Origin: the human T2T-CHM13v2.0 reference genome, Homo sapiens
Reading direction: 5' to 3' (one strand)
NCBI RefSeq assembly: GCF_009914755.1
Contig: NC_060929.1
Length of the DNA: 64,000 nt
The stretch's first letter is position 1; each line of letters begins with the position of its first letter. Positions 1 to 15,064 of this stretch are shown piece after piece. Made by a program: the position numbers and the translations under genes. The notes under the pieces are model-generated. The model searched no databases, was not told the DNA's origin, and saw only the letters and a list, made by a program, of their open reading frames with translations.

Positions 1-468
1 GTAGTAATGGTCAAACAGTAACAATAATCTTGTGATATGCTTATATACTTTGCCTACTTTCTCAGTGTTTTTACTTTTGTTTTCACCATCCATCTTCTCT
101 ATCCTCATGGTAACACAAGGAATGTAGAGATACATTACGATCAAGTAAATTTTTTTCATGCACATACATAATTAATAGCAGAATGAGCATAAAAACATAT
201 CTTTGCTTCTTTCACAATTATAAACACAAGTTCAAAAAGTAGATATTAACATTTATTTTATTGGAAACCACAGGTTTCCCAACTGTAATTAAAAACACAG
301 TGATAAATAGGTCACAAAACTACAAAAGGATAAATATTACTATGTCCACAATATGAATATACTATCTCAGTTTTAAGAAAACCTACCTAATTACATATTG
401 GTTAGAAGCACTGTTTTCAAATAAGAGAAAATGGATTCATAATTTTAAATTTATGAAATAACTTAGTG

Positions 469-794
<326 letters not shown>

Positions 795-3652
795 TAACTT
801 AGCAATAACTCAGGTAATGTAATTGAAATTTGTAATTATATTGTTTTAATACAATTTAGTTTTATAACATATCAAATTGATCAATAATTTCTTTCATGTT
901 GTTTGTTTTTGGCTTCACTTTTTTTTTTTACATGACTATATCTTTTTCTTGGTGTAATACAACAGGAAAAGTTATTTATACATTTGGAACTTTCAAAATA
1001 GGTTTATTTTATTAAACGGAAGTTTCATTTAATTAGGAGAAATTTCATATTTAGAATTGCCATAACAAGAGCTATAGCAGTGACACATATTTATGGCAGC
1101 ATTCTGGGTTCAACATAAACATTATCTTAATTAAGCATACAAGTTAGGCCTGTAAAGGTCCCATTATATAGCTATATCATAGGTAGCTATATTATAAATT
1201 GCTACTCATGAATTAGAATTAATCATATGCTTAATAGTGAAACATGCTGTTTGACCCTGAGAAAGAAGTGAAAACTAAAATGACTTTTTCCAGTTCATCC
1301 CAAACTCTTCTTTCTGTAAAGAGTAGCTTTACTGCACTACCCGCGACTGTTCTAGGCCCCATTAAAATGCCTATAATTGGACTTTACTGTGCTATGAAAC
1401 TAATCAAATCCAATTCTCTGGTTTGCCTTCCTTTCTCTGGACTTATATCCAACTGTATCAATCCTTCACAACTATCCTGTATCTAAGCTGCTGCCTCTGA
1501 CCTATTGCTCAGACTTTCCTTCATATTCTCTGTTGCTTTGCCTCACTGGTAGGTCTTCCACATTTATTTATGATGGTCTCCTACAGTTGGATCTATTTTG
1601 TTAAAGCCAAATCTCATCATGCATCCTTATAAGTTATTTAGAGATAGTTATTATTGTAATAATGCAATCATTGGAGAAATCATTTTAGGCAGTGTATTCA
1701 GTTTTGAAGAACAGACCAATGTTAGGAAAACATTTCACTTTGGTGTCAGAAAAAAATGTATTTCACTTTGACACAATGCAATTAAAAACACTATCATGGA
1801 TTTTTGAGAAAGAGTGAAACAGTTTGGAAAAAGAAAAATACTATCTGCATCTCAATCTCGTGAACTTATTTGTTTTCTAAATTTCTTCACCTGTAAAGTG
1901 ACACTGACAATCTAAATCTTGCCTGTGGAGATCTTGTGAGGTATAACTAATGTTGCTAAATCATGCTGGAAAAAAAAAAAAAACACCCACAAAGCTTTAC
2001 ATTTAGTATAATTTGTGACGGTAAGACAAAGGCAAAAGCAAAGCCTTTGTTTTTGAGCAAAATCATACATTTGCACTTTAATATTTTTGATAATTGCATG
2101 CCTCTCTTTGGACATCTATAGAATTTTCCAAGAAGAGGGTGACAAGGAGCATTTGCTTGTGCCCCTGTGTTATCCATGTTTAAGTTTGTCTTTTCAGTTT
2201 CACAATAGAGGAAAAAAACATTCTTTTTATTCATCAATTTAAAAACAGGACTACAAAAGCTGAATTACTTGACAGATGAGGGAAGAATTTCAGGACACTT
2301 TACAGATGTCAATTCAAAATATTTGGCACAATGTGATTTCCTGCTAATACAAAATGCTAGAACTGGAGAAGATCAAAATTAAACTCTAAGGGTTATTAAG
2401 AAAGATTAGAAACCTTTAAGTAAAATGCTTGATGAAAAAAAAATTGTGACAAGATTATTTGACTTTTTCAACACATGTAAGAGAAATGCTGTTTACCTGG
2501 AAAATGTTAATTTTATTTTCATTAGCGGGAAGGGACACTGGATGCTTACAATAATGGAATTTACAACAGAAAGCAGTTAATTTTTACTCTAGATAAAAGG
2601 CCTTTTATTATTCTGGATCTAGAACAAAGTGATTTATGCCATAACATTTCCTCAAGGACTTTTAGGAAATCAGGAAGATAGTATACATTCATGCTGCTTT
2701 TAAAAAAGTTACCCATCAGGTTTTCATCTTGGCAGTTCCTTTCAACTTTAACTTTCTCTTACCTCATATCTCCCCATATTTCTATGCAAAATAGGAATTT
2801 TAATTTTTAAAAAATTCTATGATCTTTCAGGTGTCAATATTAAATATTTACATTGATTCATCACATGATAATTATTATAGACTCAAATTAGCCAACGGGT
2901 ATGACAAAAACCAGACACATAGACAATAAATAAACAGAAACTTCTATGAACTGGTGAATATACAAGTTTAAAAGCCAGTATATTCTAACATTATGCATGG
3001 TGATATCAGGTTGAATTTCAAATATCTTATTTTATATTAGTATTCTTAGTCCATTGTATGATCTATCTATCTATCATCTAATCCATGTATTTTCAGAGCA
3101 TGATTCAGACTAAAAATACCATGGTAAAATTGTGTGTATAGGCAGGTTGGGGAGAAGAGATCAGATAGTGCAAAAGAGTAGATTAGATAGAGAAAAAGTA
3201 TTTATATTTTTGTGAGGTCATTTATCTGCAACGGAGTAAAAATATTATGGAAACACCAGTGTCACTATCATAAGAGCAAGAAGGATGTTATATGAATGAG
3301 CACAAATATCATGGTATGTGATATTTTTAGGTCACAAATACTGAGAGAACCCATCTTTATTTCTTATATAGCCTAGGTGCCATTTTTAGAGATAAGACTT
3401 AGGCAAATTCATTTCTTCACTCTGTTTTGCTATTTACTTTGAGTATATATCATATGTGTTGCCTGAATTCCATAGATCCTTAGAGTATTTTATAGATTAT
3501 CCTTTATAAAGCTAACATTCTCTTAATATGTCAAAATATAAATAGAAAAACTGAAACAAAAAACTTACAACAGAGTTTTAACTATGTTGCTCAAAATAAA
3601 TGTAGTGGTTTTTATTAAAAGTGTTTTATTATGTTATCTTTAGAGGGATTCC

Positions 3653-4111
3653 TGTATTAACGTCCTGGGACTACTGTAACAAAGTACCACAAAATGAATA
3701 ACTAAGAACAACAGAAATTTATTTCCTCATAGTTCTGGAGAATAGAGTTTCAAAATTGAGGTTTCAGCATGACCATGCTCCATTTGAAGGCAGTAGGGAA
3801 GGATTATTTTCTCTCTCTTTCAGTTTCAGGTAGTCTTAAATGTTACTTGGCTTATGGCAACAAAACTCCAATCTTCACATGGCATTCTTTTATGATGATT
3901 TACATAATTTTTCTTCTGTGTACATCTGTCTCTGTGACCAAATTACCTCTTTTTATATATAGACAGTCATATCAAATTTGGGCCCACCTTAATGATCTCA
4001 CACTATCCTGATCATCTGCACAGACTCTATTTTCAAATAAGGTCAGGGTAACAGGTACTAGAGATTAGGACTTCAGCATCTTTTGCGGAACACAATTCTA
4101 CTGATAGTAAC
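3653..4111 (-). mobile_element. MaLR solo LTR (MLT1C/D-like)
   Basis: TGTATTA..CTGTAACAAAGTACCACAAA..AACAACAGAAATTTATT..AGTTCTGGAG and AAATAAGGTCA..ACAGGTACTAGAGATTAGGACTTCA, the reverse complement of MLT1 LTR hallmarks. Confidence 0.85.
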
Positions 4112-4539
4112 TCCTAAAGCCAGTGTTGCAAGCTCCCTTCCTCATGGCTATCTACTTATGTTCATTTATTTAGTTCTTCACTCAGTTTAACACATGCTTT
4201 CTTAAATGAATTAGTCCTAGGAAATGCTCAAGTTTTAATTGCTAAAGTTACTTTTGAAAGACAGTCAATGTAGTCTTTTGCAAAATCAGGGAAACACTTA
4301 AAATGCTATAATCTTTTCTTGGCTCATGGCTTATCTAATTTACAAGCTTTCTTCTTTTAAACATCAAGACATACATCCCCCTTTGAATGACTAAAGATAG
4401 CTAGAAGTGTCATGTTAATAAGTGTGGGCCATATTTCTCCTTGCATCTGACTTTCTTTCTTCCACAGCAAATACTAACACTGCTGCCAGCATCTGCAGTC
4501 CCCTCTGCTGGCTACCCCTAAATACTTCAAGTTGACACT

Positions 4540-4635
4540 TGCTATGCTTTGGATGTGTCCCCAAAATTTCCTGTGTTGGAAACTTAATGCAACAGTGTTG
4601 GGAGGTAGGAGCTAGGAAGAAATGATTAGGTAATT
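4540..4635 (+). mobile_element. MaLR LTR 5' fragment (MST-like)
   Basis: TGCTATGCTTTGGATGTGTCCCCAAAATTTCCTGTGTTGGAAACTTAAT..CAACAGTGTTGGGAGGT resembles the MST LTR start. Confidence 0.65.
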
Positions 4636-4676
4636 ACTTCCTAATGACTTGGAAATGATTAAGTATACAAACATAG

Positions 4677-4680
<4 letters not shown>

Positions 4681-4712
<32 letters not shown>
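4681..4712. repeat. (CA)n microsatellite
   Basis: direct reading. Confidence 0.95.
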
Positions 4713-7266
4713 ATCTTTCCTATCCTTCATAGTGTCTAGAAAATTGTTATGAAAATGGTTGGATAAATGTATCTTCCTGATAACTTGAAATAAATTAAAC
4801 AAAGAATAGCCCTTTTTTTCTGTCATCTTTATCTTTTCATATTTGCCTCAACATTAATTTTTTTTTGAGGGCAGGGGCTAGTTGTTCCTATGCAGCTTTC
4901 AGACACATTTCCATTATGCTTATGTTCTATCAGAATCATCAAAGATAGGATAAATGGGTTTACAAGCATAAAAGTTTTAGCTAAAAACAAAAGAAAAAAT
5001 GTATTGCTCATCTAAATAATTCAGAGTTCTCCTGAGTTTAAAATAAGAAAAATGTATATAGTATGCACATTTGTTTTAGATATAGTTATAGACAAACATT
5101 TTTTTAAACATTTAAGTTGTTTCCATTTTAACTCATCCTAATGAAGCTACGAAAGCTGACCTCATAACCCCTTACTAGAAGATTCCTCATTATTAGATAG
5201 TTATGATTTACATCTTCATAGGAGAGTAACACTTCACTGACATTTTTCTTTTACTCACTACAGTTCCTTATTTCTGAAAATAAGCACTATTATATTTCCC
5301 TGGGCAATTCTTTACAGATCATTAGGAATAACGTCAAAATAACTAAGGCACATTCAATCTAAACAACTTTAAATAAGTACAAAAGCAAATTTTCTTAATT
5401 TGAAAACTTTAGAATTTAGGCCAAGACCATTTTATTCTGGGAACTAAAAATTAGTCACACAGTTAAGGAGGAAACAATCAAAGAGTTAAAAGTAATTAAG
5501 AAAAAAATGTGTTTTTAAAGGTATCTTAATGGACACCACGCTTCAACTTTAAATTAACAAAAGTCAAAAATAATGACAGTCCCCAATGCAAATAAACATT
5601 TAGCTTAGTTTTCAATTAGTAATGATGCAAATTTTAGAAGTATTTATGCAAGAGTTTTGACAATATGTTTCAAAAGCATTAAATGTATTTATAAACTTAC
5701 CTTAAAACATTATGAGTACTTACCACTAGGTGGTAATCACTTTCATATTCTTTCTATTGTTTATATTTTTTTCCAATTTTTCTGTAATGAACACTTATTA
5801 AAGATATTATTAGAGGTTAATGCAATGTTAAGGAGAAACAATGTTATAAAACTTTTTTAAATGTTTATACAATTAATCTGTTAATCCTTTTTTTGATGAT
5901 TTATCTTATAAAAGTCCAAAGAAGGAAAATAATTTATGAATGACGATATTTGCCTAAGATTATTTAAAATAGGAATAGTATCAGGAAGAACCTAAATACC
6001 ATATATTGATAACATGGTTAAGTAAATTGCAGTACTCTCTTTGGAACAAAAATAAGATTTAGAAGAAAACATGTAAAGTAATATTTATGAATTTTAATAG
6101 TGATGTATACGTAATAATTATTTCTAATATTTTTCTATTGCATTTCTCTTTAAGTAGATAAAATAAATATTTTATGTGTGTATTTAAAATTTTAAATTTC
6201 TCTTCCAAATAGCATACTCTTACAAAATGACTAGAATCTACCCTCTATTTCAGCTACACTCTCTAGTGCTACTCAGAGCTGCAAGATTAAGTCCTAAAAA
6301 TTTGATTCCTGAGTTCAAAATGAATTGAATAACCATCACATTTAAAAAATTATCTAGCACATACAGTTATTGTAAGTTATGGAAAAGTATAGTTATTTAT
6401 TCAATCTGCATGGGGAAGAACATTAACTCATAATTAACTACTTGTAGACATATCCTTGAGCTAGGTAGCCCTTAAAAATTACAAAATAAAATGTATAGCT
6501 AAAGATAATTATCCTAAAAGGAAAGTGCATATGACTTTCTTCCCTAACAATCTAAATACATATGCTCAAATTAAATGTGACCTCCTAGATTCTACTTTCT
6601 ACATAAGACTATAAATGTTATGATAACCTGATATGCTCTGTGTAAAAAATGTTTGTGACATTTGTCAAAGCATGGTAAAAATTAAGAACAGCAGCAACAA
6701 CAAAAAGTTGAAGGGAAAAGTGGCTTATTTCAACAAACCAATTATTTAGTAAAGAAATACTAATGGAAGGGTAGGGCTTGTTTTAAACAGCCAGCCCTGA
6801 CTTCCAGAAGAGGAAGCACATGATCGCCTGCACGGCTGCACAACAGAACTGGAAAGACACCTTGTGCTTATAGAAAACACATTTGAAATTCAAGGCCAGA
6901 CAAGCGAGTCCTCTTTTCTGAAGCGGCTGCCAAGGAGATTCTGAGGTCATTTTGGTTAACATGTGACACAATATGTGAGCAAAGGTCAGATGAGTCCAGG
7001 ATAAATATTCAATCCTCCTGACATCTCCCATCTCATTCTATTAGTTTGTAGAGGAACAAGAGCTTCAGCAGGAATGTTGCAATCAGAATGAAAGGAACTT
7101 GGTCTGAATAAAAAAGAAAAATAAATTGTTTGAGTTGTTTAAAAATTTACAAAGTGCCAAAGAAACCTACAAATTGATTTAAACTCTTATGAGGTAGATA
7201 TTATGGAGGAAACTGAGATTTTTGAAGAGATACATTCTTTATCTAGGATCATCACAAATCACTTAG

Positions 7267-8090
<824 letters not shown>

Positions 8091-8189
8091 TATGTGTTCT
8101 AAAACAACTACTGCTCACTGTTACACTGCATTGTCTCATTACTGAAAACTTTCTTTAAGACAAAAATCTTCTACTATATCAATTTTTGT

Positions 8190-8710
8190 TGGTGTTGTAA
8201 GTCTACTTGTAGGTAGATGGGACAAATAGTTAGCAGGGCAATTTTACTCAGGTTTCGCTTAGTTCTGTAGCCATAGCAATAGCCCTTAGCCAAACATTTA
8301 ATACTAAACCTTCAGGCTCTCATTGTGACCATGTAATGTGATAGGTCAAGATGAAACAAGCTGTCAGCATATTTAAGGAAAACATAAAGATTAGTGATAA
8401 ATTTGGTTGTTGGCTTGAAGTTTGCATCTTTAAGAATTCTGGACCCCAATACTCAGGGGTCTACTTGGGTGAATCTACTTGGGTGGCAATATCTCACATG
8501 AGAAAATTACATTTTATGTTAAGCTCACAGAAAGAGAGGGAGAACTTGAAAGCCTAGGTGTGACTTCTCTAGCTTTTGTCCATGTCTGTTTCCTGCTGTT
8601 ATTGCACTGCATATTTTGCTATAATAAATATTTACCTGATAATAACATTATGTTGAAGTGTATTAATCCAACCAGTAACCAAATTAGTTGTGGGAACCCC
8701 CACTCCTTAC
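8190..8710 (+). mobile_element. Old ERVL-type LTR (MER21/MER68/MER77-like), diverged
   Basis: 3' part TTTTGCTATAATAAA..TAATAACATTATGTTGA..GTGGGAACCCC resembles the R/U5 region of this group. Confidence 0.45.
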
Positions 8711-9109
8711 CAAACAATAGTGATTAAAATGTATGGTGATGGAGCAACCAAATTATACCCTTAGCTTTTTTGTATAACAACACACCCCCATGCATATTGG
8801 TTTTACAGCTAAACATTCAAGTTTAGATATATGGCTGTTCCAGATTTCCAAATCATCACAAAGTTAGGAAAGCATTTCCAATTTCAGATCTCTAGCTTAG
8901 TTTCAATTACATACATTGATGCCTGTGAATCTCCTGAATTTTGAAAATTTGACTTTCTCACTATTTATCAGCACAGAAATCAGCTGGAATTAGATATTCA
9001 GGGTAAGAAAAAAAAGTTTTCCCAGGTGGAAAAAAATCACCTTATGAGCCTTATTTAACATGAAAATAAGAGTAATTAATAAAAAGTAAGTAATGAAAGA
9101 TTTTATTGT

Positions 9110-9655
9110 TGTAGGGAATTAAAATGTGCCTCCCAAAAATATGCCAGACTGGCTTAAGGATTATTCTGAGCTGAAGGCAATTAAGAAAAAGCAGGCATAG
9201 GGCAAGTTTCTGCCCTCCCCCATCTGCCTGAAAACAAGGCGTAAATTTTCCCTCTGAAGGTGCCTCCCTCTCTTCCCATCAAGGAGGAAGAGAACAATCC
9301 GTATCACCAGAGATGAAGGTGGCTTAAAAACAAACCTTACAGCCTAGACCTTAAATAACACTAGCGTCTCCCAGATATCTACCTTCCCATAATTTGCTGC
9401 CCTAAGAAGTCCAGAAACCTCCTTCTTTTCCTTACTTCTCTATAAATTTATCACCCCTTGTCCAGATGGCATAAAAGCCTCAAAGACTAGCTGCTGCTTT
9501 GAATTTTTTTCTTCATGAGTGACCCTCCCACAATGCCATGGAAAATTTACAGCATCAAATACAATTTGTAAGCTTTTCTCTGGTTAATCTGCTTTTGTCA
9601 GTTAATTTTGAAGACCAGACACTGAATTTTTTTTTCAATTTTTCCCCTCCTTATA
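9110..9655 (+). mobile_element. ERV1 solo LTR (MER34/MER39 family)
   Basis: TGTAGG..AATGTGCCTCCCAAAAATATGCC..AAGGATTATTCTGAGCTGAAGGCAATTAAGAA start; TTAATCTGCTTTTGTCAGTTAATTTT near the end. Confidence 0.8.
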
Positions 9656-10472
9656 TATAGTGTAACCAAGAGCATAGAAAATAATTTTCCCCGAGGCCCA
9701 GTTTCCAGAGGGCGGAAAAGATGGTCACAGGCCAGCAAAGCAATCTCATGCTGAAGGGACTCATCAACAAGGGTGGGTACTCCTCAGAAGGAAAATAACA
9801 GAACCATCTTTCAAGCTTCACTGAGCCTTGTATGAAGTACTACAAGATAATCAATGAAGTATGGAGTCAGAAATCTGGGTTGTACGTTTCTTGTCACAAA
9901 ACTTCTGGCACACTTCTCCAAAATTATTGAATTATTTTCTACACATAGTTTTCATGTGTAAAGTACAATTTGCTACCAATGAGAAAAATATATCTATTTC
10001 ACAGTTATAGTTATTAATATGTATCTTTCTCAAAGGTTCCAAGCCCTTTACAAGAGAACTTTATGAAAATACTGTACACAGACACCATACTGCCTCTGGC
10101 TCTCAATTTAGGAGTATTCTCACTAAAGTCATCCTATTAATGTCTTTAATGAATGTAGTATCAGCTGATGTCTTTAAAACTGTCTCACAAGCCATTATGT
10201 AACATTCTGTGGTAAGATAAGCATGGTTTGTTTGCATTGATTTTATCCAATGTCAGAATTATTTAACTTTTATATTAAATAATACAGTTTGTCTATTATA
10301 TTTAATGAATATGTGACATATTTAGAACCTCCTTGCTCTTTAAAAGTATTCCAATGGTTAATTTGTATGATTTAGTTTGATTTTTAGTATAGAGTATGTT
10401 GCTTTTAGCCTAAAGTACTTTACGAATAATGTTCATTTTATTTTAATAAAGAGTAGATATTTATCTACTCTT

Positions 10473-10639
10473 TGAAAGATCTTATTGTTGTAGGAGATTA
10501 AAATATGCCTCCAAAAAATATGCCAGTCTGGCATAAGGATTATTTTGAGCTGAAGGCAATTAAGAAAAAGGAGGCATAGGGCAAGTTTCTGCCCTCCCCC
10601 ATCTGTCTGAAAACAAGGCATAAATTTTCCCTCTGAAGG
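10473..10639 (+). repeat. Duplicate of 9094-9260 (LTR 5' end plus its flank)
   Basis: 167 bp, ungapped, 11 mismatches by manual alignment. Confidence 0.93.
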
Positions 10640-12399
10640 AAATCAAAAACCTATAATATGATTTATGAGGAAATAACGCCAGATTAAAAATGAAATAAAC
10701 TGAAGCCTACACTCTGTTGATATATTCTTAATCTATAATGTTTCTAACCACTATGAAACCCATATAGTAATGCTTAATGTAGATTAAAGTAGTATTTGAG
10801 TCAGTCACTAATCTAGATGGTTTTGAAAACTTAATTTTCAGGAGAGTATAGAAATCATGATACTTAAGTCTCATATAGTTTTGGTATTAGATAAATGATT
10901 TAAAATCTGTACTGTATCTAAAAATATGGTTAACTTCCCATTAGTATCTAAATTTACAAAGAAACACATACTGCTTTAGTTATTTTTTCTCTTTAGGGAC
11001 ACAGTCTTCAATTTTGAGCAGTAATTGTTCTATGCTTACTGTATATGTGATGATATTTTCAGGCTATGTTTTATGAGGTTAAAAATATCCTATGATTCAT
11101 GCTACAATTTTCTCATGTTTCAGACTTCTATTAAAACCTATGGATTATTAATCATAAGTAGAGGCAAATGCCATTTTATGAAATTTTGCCTTGAGAAAAA
11201 TGTATCTGATTATTCAACACCCATTATGCTCATTTATTATTTCAAATAAATATTTTGAATAATACTTGACACATTATGTAGTGTCTATATGAACAGTCTG
11301 CCTATACACAAGATAAATATGCGTGTGTGTGTATGTATGTACGTATGAATATATGAAGTTCAAAATTATCAGGAATGTTCCTTTAATTAAAATTTAATTC
11401 ATATCTTAAGAAAATCATAATTATTGCTTAACAACTTGTTGGTTTCCTTGGCCATTCTTTTTAATGGTCATTCTTTGTTAATGGGGTCATTTTTAAATTG
11501 TGAACTAAAGTATTAATATCTCAATTTTTTTCTATTTACTGTGTTTTCTGTTTTTAGTTATATGATAGCAATATTTTTTGGTCACTGGACACCGATTTAA
11601 TATTATTATTTGTATAAATCTTATAAAACAGTTTTAATTATCATAAAACAGTTTAAATTGTTAGTACATGTATACAGCTTACTGTTGTCAGTTAATATGG
11701 ACAATTCAAAGTCACTGCTTTGTTAAGGAAGGGTTCCTAGAAGTGCATAAAATCTTTGAAGAAATACTTTCCTAGCTGTTTTGTAATTATTTATACTTGT
11801 CAAAAGTTCTCAATCTTTTTTATTCTTATTCAGTAATTTAGAACTTTGAATCTATAAAAATGAATACATCTATCTTAAATTCATATTAAATTTAATAAGA
11901 AAGAAAACACCTACTATTTTAATATACACTTTTCCACATAAATTTTATGCTTAAAGAAAAATATAAAATTTGGATATTTACTTATGAATGACTCTATTTG
12001 TGTGTATTCAAATATGCACATAAACACATAAACCTTCTAACACATCTTTTGGTGGTCTGTCGTTCCTTGTTTGCATTGTTATTTCTAAGTTTTTAAAACA
12101 TCCTCATGCCCAAGGATTTCCAATCTGCATAATTTAACTTTTTGTTTAATACACATCATACCATTTTCAAAATGGATATTTATCATTATTTTTATTACAC
12201 CTATTGAAATTGTGGTCTTAGTGTGTATGCATCACTTTTTATGTTGCTATAAAATATTCTTGCAAGTAAATGAAAAGGTTAATAGATAAATCCTGAAGAC
12301 TAGGCTTTTGAACAAAACTGAAAGAGTCAAGAAAGCATTCACGAATTTGAAATTTTTAATCTCTAATACTCTCATTAGGCTTCATGCTGGTCATTTACT

Positions 12400-12882
12400 T
12401 CTTTACTTTCATATCCCTTGCCAGATCAACCCTTGTTCTGCTTTGGATTATAAACGACTGACATACGACACACTCCACAGTCCCTCCTAAATGACTTTCG
12501 GCTAGGTTTAGCTAATGAAACACTGCAAGAATTTTGAAGGGCAGAGGGGAAATGTCAGAGCATTTATCTCCTTCTTTCTTTCCAATAGAGCTGCAGCAGC
12601 ACCGTAATTCAGTGTTCTCTAAAGTTCCAGCTCCCTTGGGAGCTTTTGCTCGCAGCGACCTCCAGGTTGAGGGTTTCTCTTTCTTACACTCCTTTCTCGC
12701 TTTCTCTCTTTAGCGCTAGGGATGGTATCTAACCTGCTGTTCTAATTTTTTTGTTGTTGTTGACTCAGAGTACACTGTTTGCACTTTTAGTTCTTCCAAA
12801 CATTTTACCAACTAGTTCCCTATGTTAGATTCTCTCAATTAAGCTACCAGGTTCTGTATTCCAAATTGGTTCTTAACTATAC
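12400..12882 (+). mobile_element. Old ERVL LTR (LTR33-like)
   Basis: GGCTAGGTTTAGCTAATG..GAAGGGCAGAGG..CAGAGCATTTATCTCC..CTAGGGATGGTA..TAACTATACA pattern. Confidence 0.55.
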
Positions 12883-12989
12883 AGGAATATCCACATTCTT
12901 CAATATGCATTCTAAATTACATTTTAACTAACCTTTCATAAAAATATACTGCACACAGTACAAAGCTGCAGCCACTAAGTTTTTTTTCT

Positions 12990-13360
12990 TCTTATTGATT
13001 ATACCAAGCTCTTCCCATCTATGTAGTCTTTTGCATACTGCACGTCGACCCATAACCCTATACCTTCTTTTAGTCTTATGTACATACCTCTATTCCCATT
13101 GCTGGTCTTTCTCCTTTATTCACATGTCAGGCTAAAAATCATATTTTTAGAGATGCTATTCTTGACTATTATATCAAATATATGTGGTTAATTTGTTATT
13201 TTCTTTCAAGGCATGATTTTTATTTTCATAATTATTTATAATGATTTTTATCCCTAACTATACTGTACATTCCAGGGCAAAGATTATTTTTAGTTTGTTC
13301 ATAAGTGAATATTTAGCAATTTTCATAATGCTACTGCATATTATAGAACTATATAAATAA
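12990..13360 (+). mobile_element. L2 LINE 3' fragment
   Basis: CTATACTGTACATTCCAGGGCAAAGATTAT..TTGTTCA resembles the L2 3' end. Confidence 0.5.
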
Positions 13361-13399
13361 TGTAAAAAGAAGGTTAGAATGTCAAAAAGGAAAATGAAT

Positions 13400-15000
13400 A
13401 AAATATGATTATTTTCCTTTGGGGATTTACAATCTTGTGAGGTAGATACATATTATGAATTAAAATACAAGATAATTTTTAAAAACCCACATTATAAAGC
13501 AAATGTGACTGTGAGTACCATGGAAAAAGAGATTTTATTCATTAAGAAACAGAAAAAACTTCAGAGAAGACATAGCTCGTTGTCTAGGAATTAACAGATG
13601 GCCATATGTATGCTATTAATTGTTTGATAAGTGGAAATAGCATTCTTGGGCCTAAGAGTTACATAAATAGGAAAGAAGGAAGATTGTACCTGATATATCT
13701 CTTAAATGGTAAATAGTCCAAAAAGAGATGAAGTTTAGAGTTAAAGAGAAGAGAATAAAAAGACATACTTGGATCTGCTGCTAGGTCAACTTGAATGAAT
13801 CAATAGAAGTTTGATATTAGCACTATGTTGGAAGAGTGATGAGTCTGCTATAAATGAGAGAAGGGAGATATACGAAGTTATCATAGGGAAAAATAGAAAT
13901 AGGAGCCGGAAAAGGATAATTCATTATTGGACATGTTGAATTTGAGTTGTCACGAAGACATCCAGCCATTTGGAAATTTGAAACGGAACTCACAAGAGAA
14001 ACAAAAACTGGAATACAGATTTGAATATCATTGATTTTGTCAAAGCATAAATTGCACTGGGCAAAGTTAAATATACTAGGGAGACTTTATTCAAGACTAT
14101 CGGAAAAGGGGAGAGGCTAGAACTCAGTCTGAATTCACCTTTGATGAAACAAATATCAGTAGGATTTGTATAAGAGCTGGAATAAGAGAGAAATGTTGAG
14201 CCATCTGTGTTTGCTAATTAGTTTTACCCAATGCAAAAGTAAACTTCCACATATCTTCTTGACAGAAGATAATTTTATAACTTGGAGCAAGGTGCCCATG
14301 GAAGTTAGGCTCCTACTCTCTCACGAATAAGATACAGGGGCACTATCTCGCTTAATGTTTACATTTCAAAGGGATGGCCCCCAGGTCCTTTAGAATGATG
14401 TTCCTGGGTTGTAAAATTTGCAAAAAAGAAATAAAAAAAAAAGAAAAGAAAAAAGAAAAAATATTTCAAGAAGATTTATACCTCAGAGTGCAGAGAGTGA
14501 TGTTTCCTAAAGTAAATGCTCTAAAAAAGAGAGAGCAAGGCTTAAAGTCAGGAATCTGCTTGTTTAGAGTATAGCAGATCTAAGGGGAAAGTTAAGGCCT
14601 TCTTTTTCCATGTAAAACTAGTTGTTTAAGCCACACGAGTATATGAAATTATTATCGAGTTAAAAGAGGAAGGAAAACAATCAAGGAGATCCACCATTTA
14701 AGTAGAAGAATAGTCAAAGGAAATAAAAGGCAAGTAGAGGCAAAGCAAAGAGAATGAGGAGGCATACTCAAGGCTGTATTAGGAAAATGGGGAGAATCAG
14801 GGATGACAAATTGGAAATTAAGATATTGTGAGGAAAGATGTTTTTGTGGAGTCAAAGGAGGAGATGTATTATGTAAATGTTGATTATATCTTCTTCAATA
14901 TTGGTAGGGTTGGCAGAGAGATAACAAGATGGTTGTGCAAAGAGGAAGCATTTAATTTACAATGAGAAAATTTGAACAAATGTGTTGCTCTGGGACAAAA
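13400..15000 (-). mobile_element. L2 LINE fragments interrupted by an ERV1 LTR
   Basis: TTGGACATGTTGAATTTGAG..GACATCCA..CTGGAATACAGATTTG antisense L2 motifs left of the LTR, purine-rich L2-like sequence resuming after it. Confidence 0.6.
14038..14610 (-). mobile_element. ERV1 solo LTR (MER67-like)
   Basis: TGTCAAAG..GGGAGACTTTATTCAAGACTAT..ACATTTCAAAGGGATGGCCCCCAGGTCCTT..TTCCTGGGTTGTAAAA..CTAAAGTAAATGCTCTAA. Confidence 0.78.
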
Positions 15001-15064
15001 AAAATCAATGGAAAACCATATTGAATATGCACAAACACAGGGTAGGGTTTGAGATTGTTTACTG

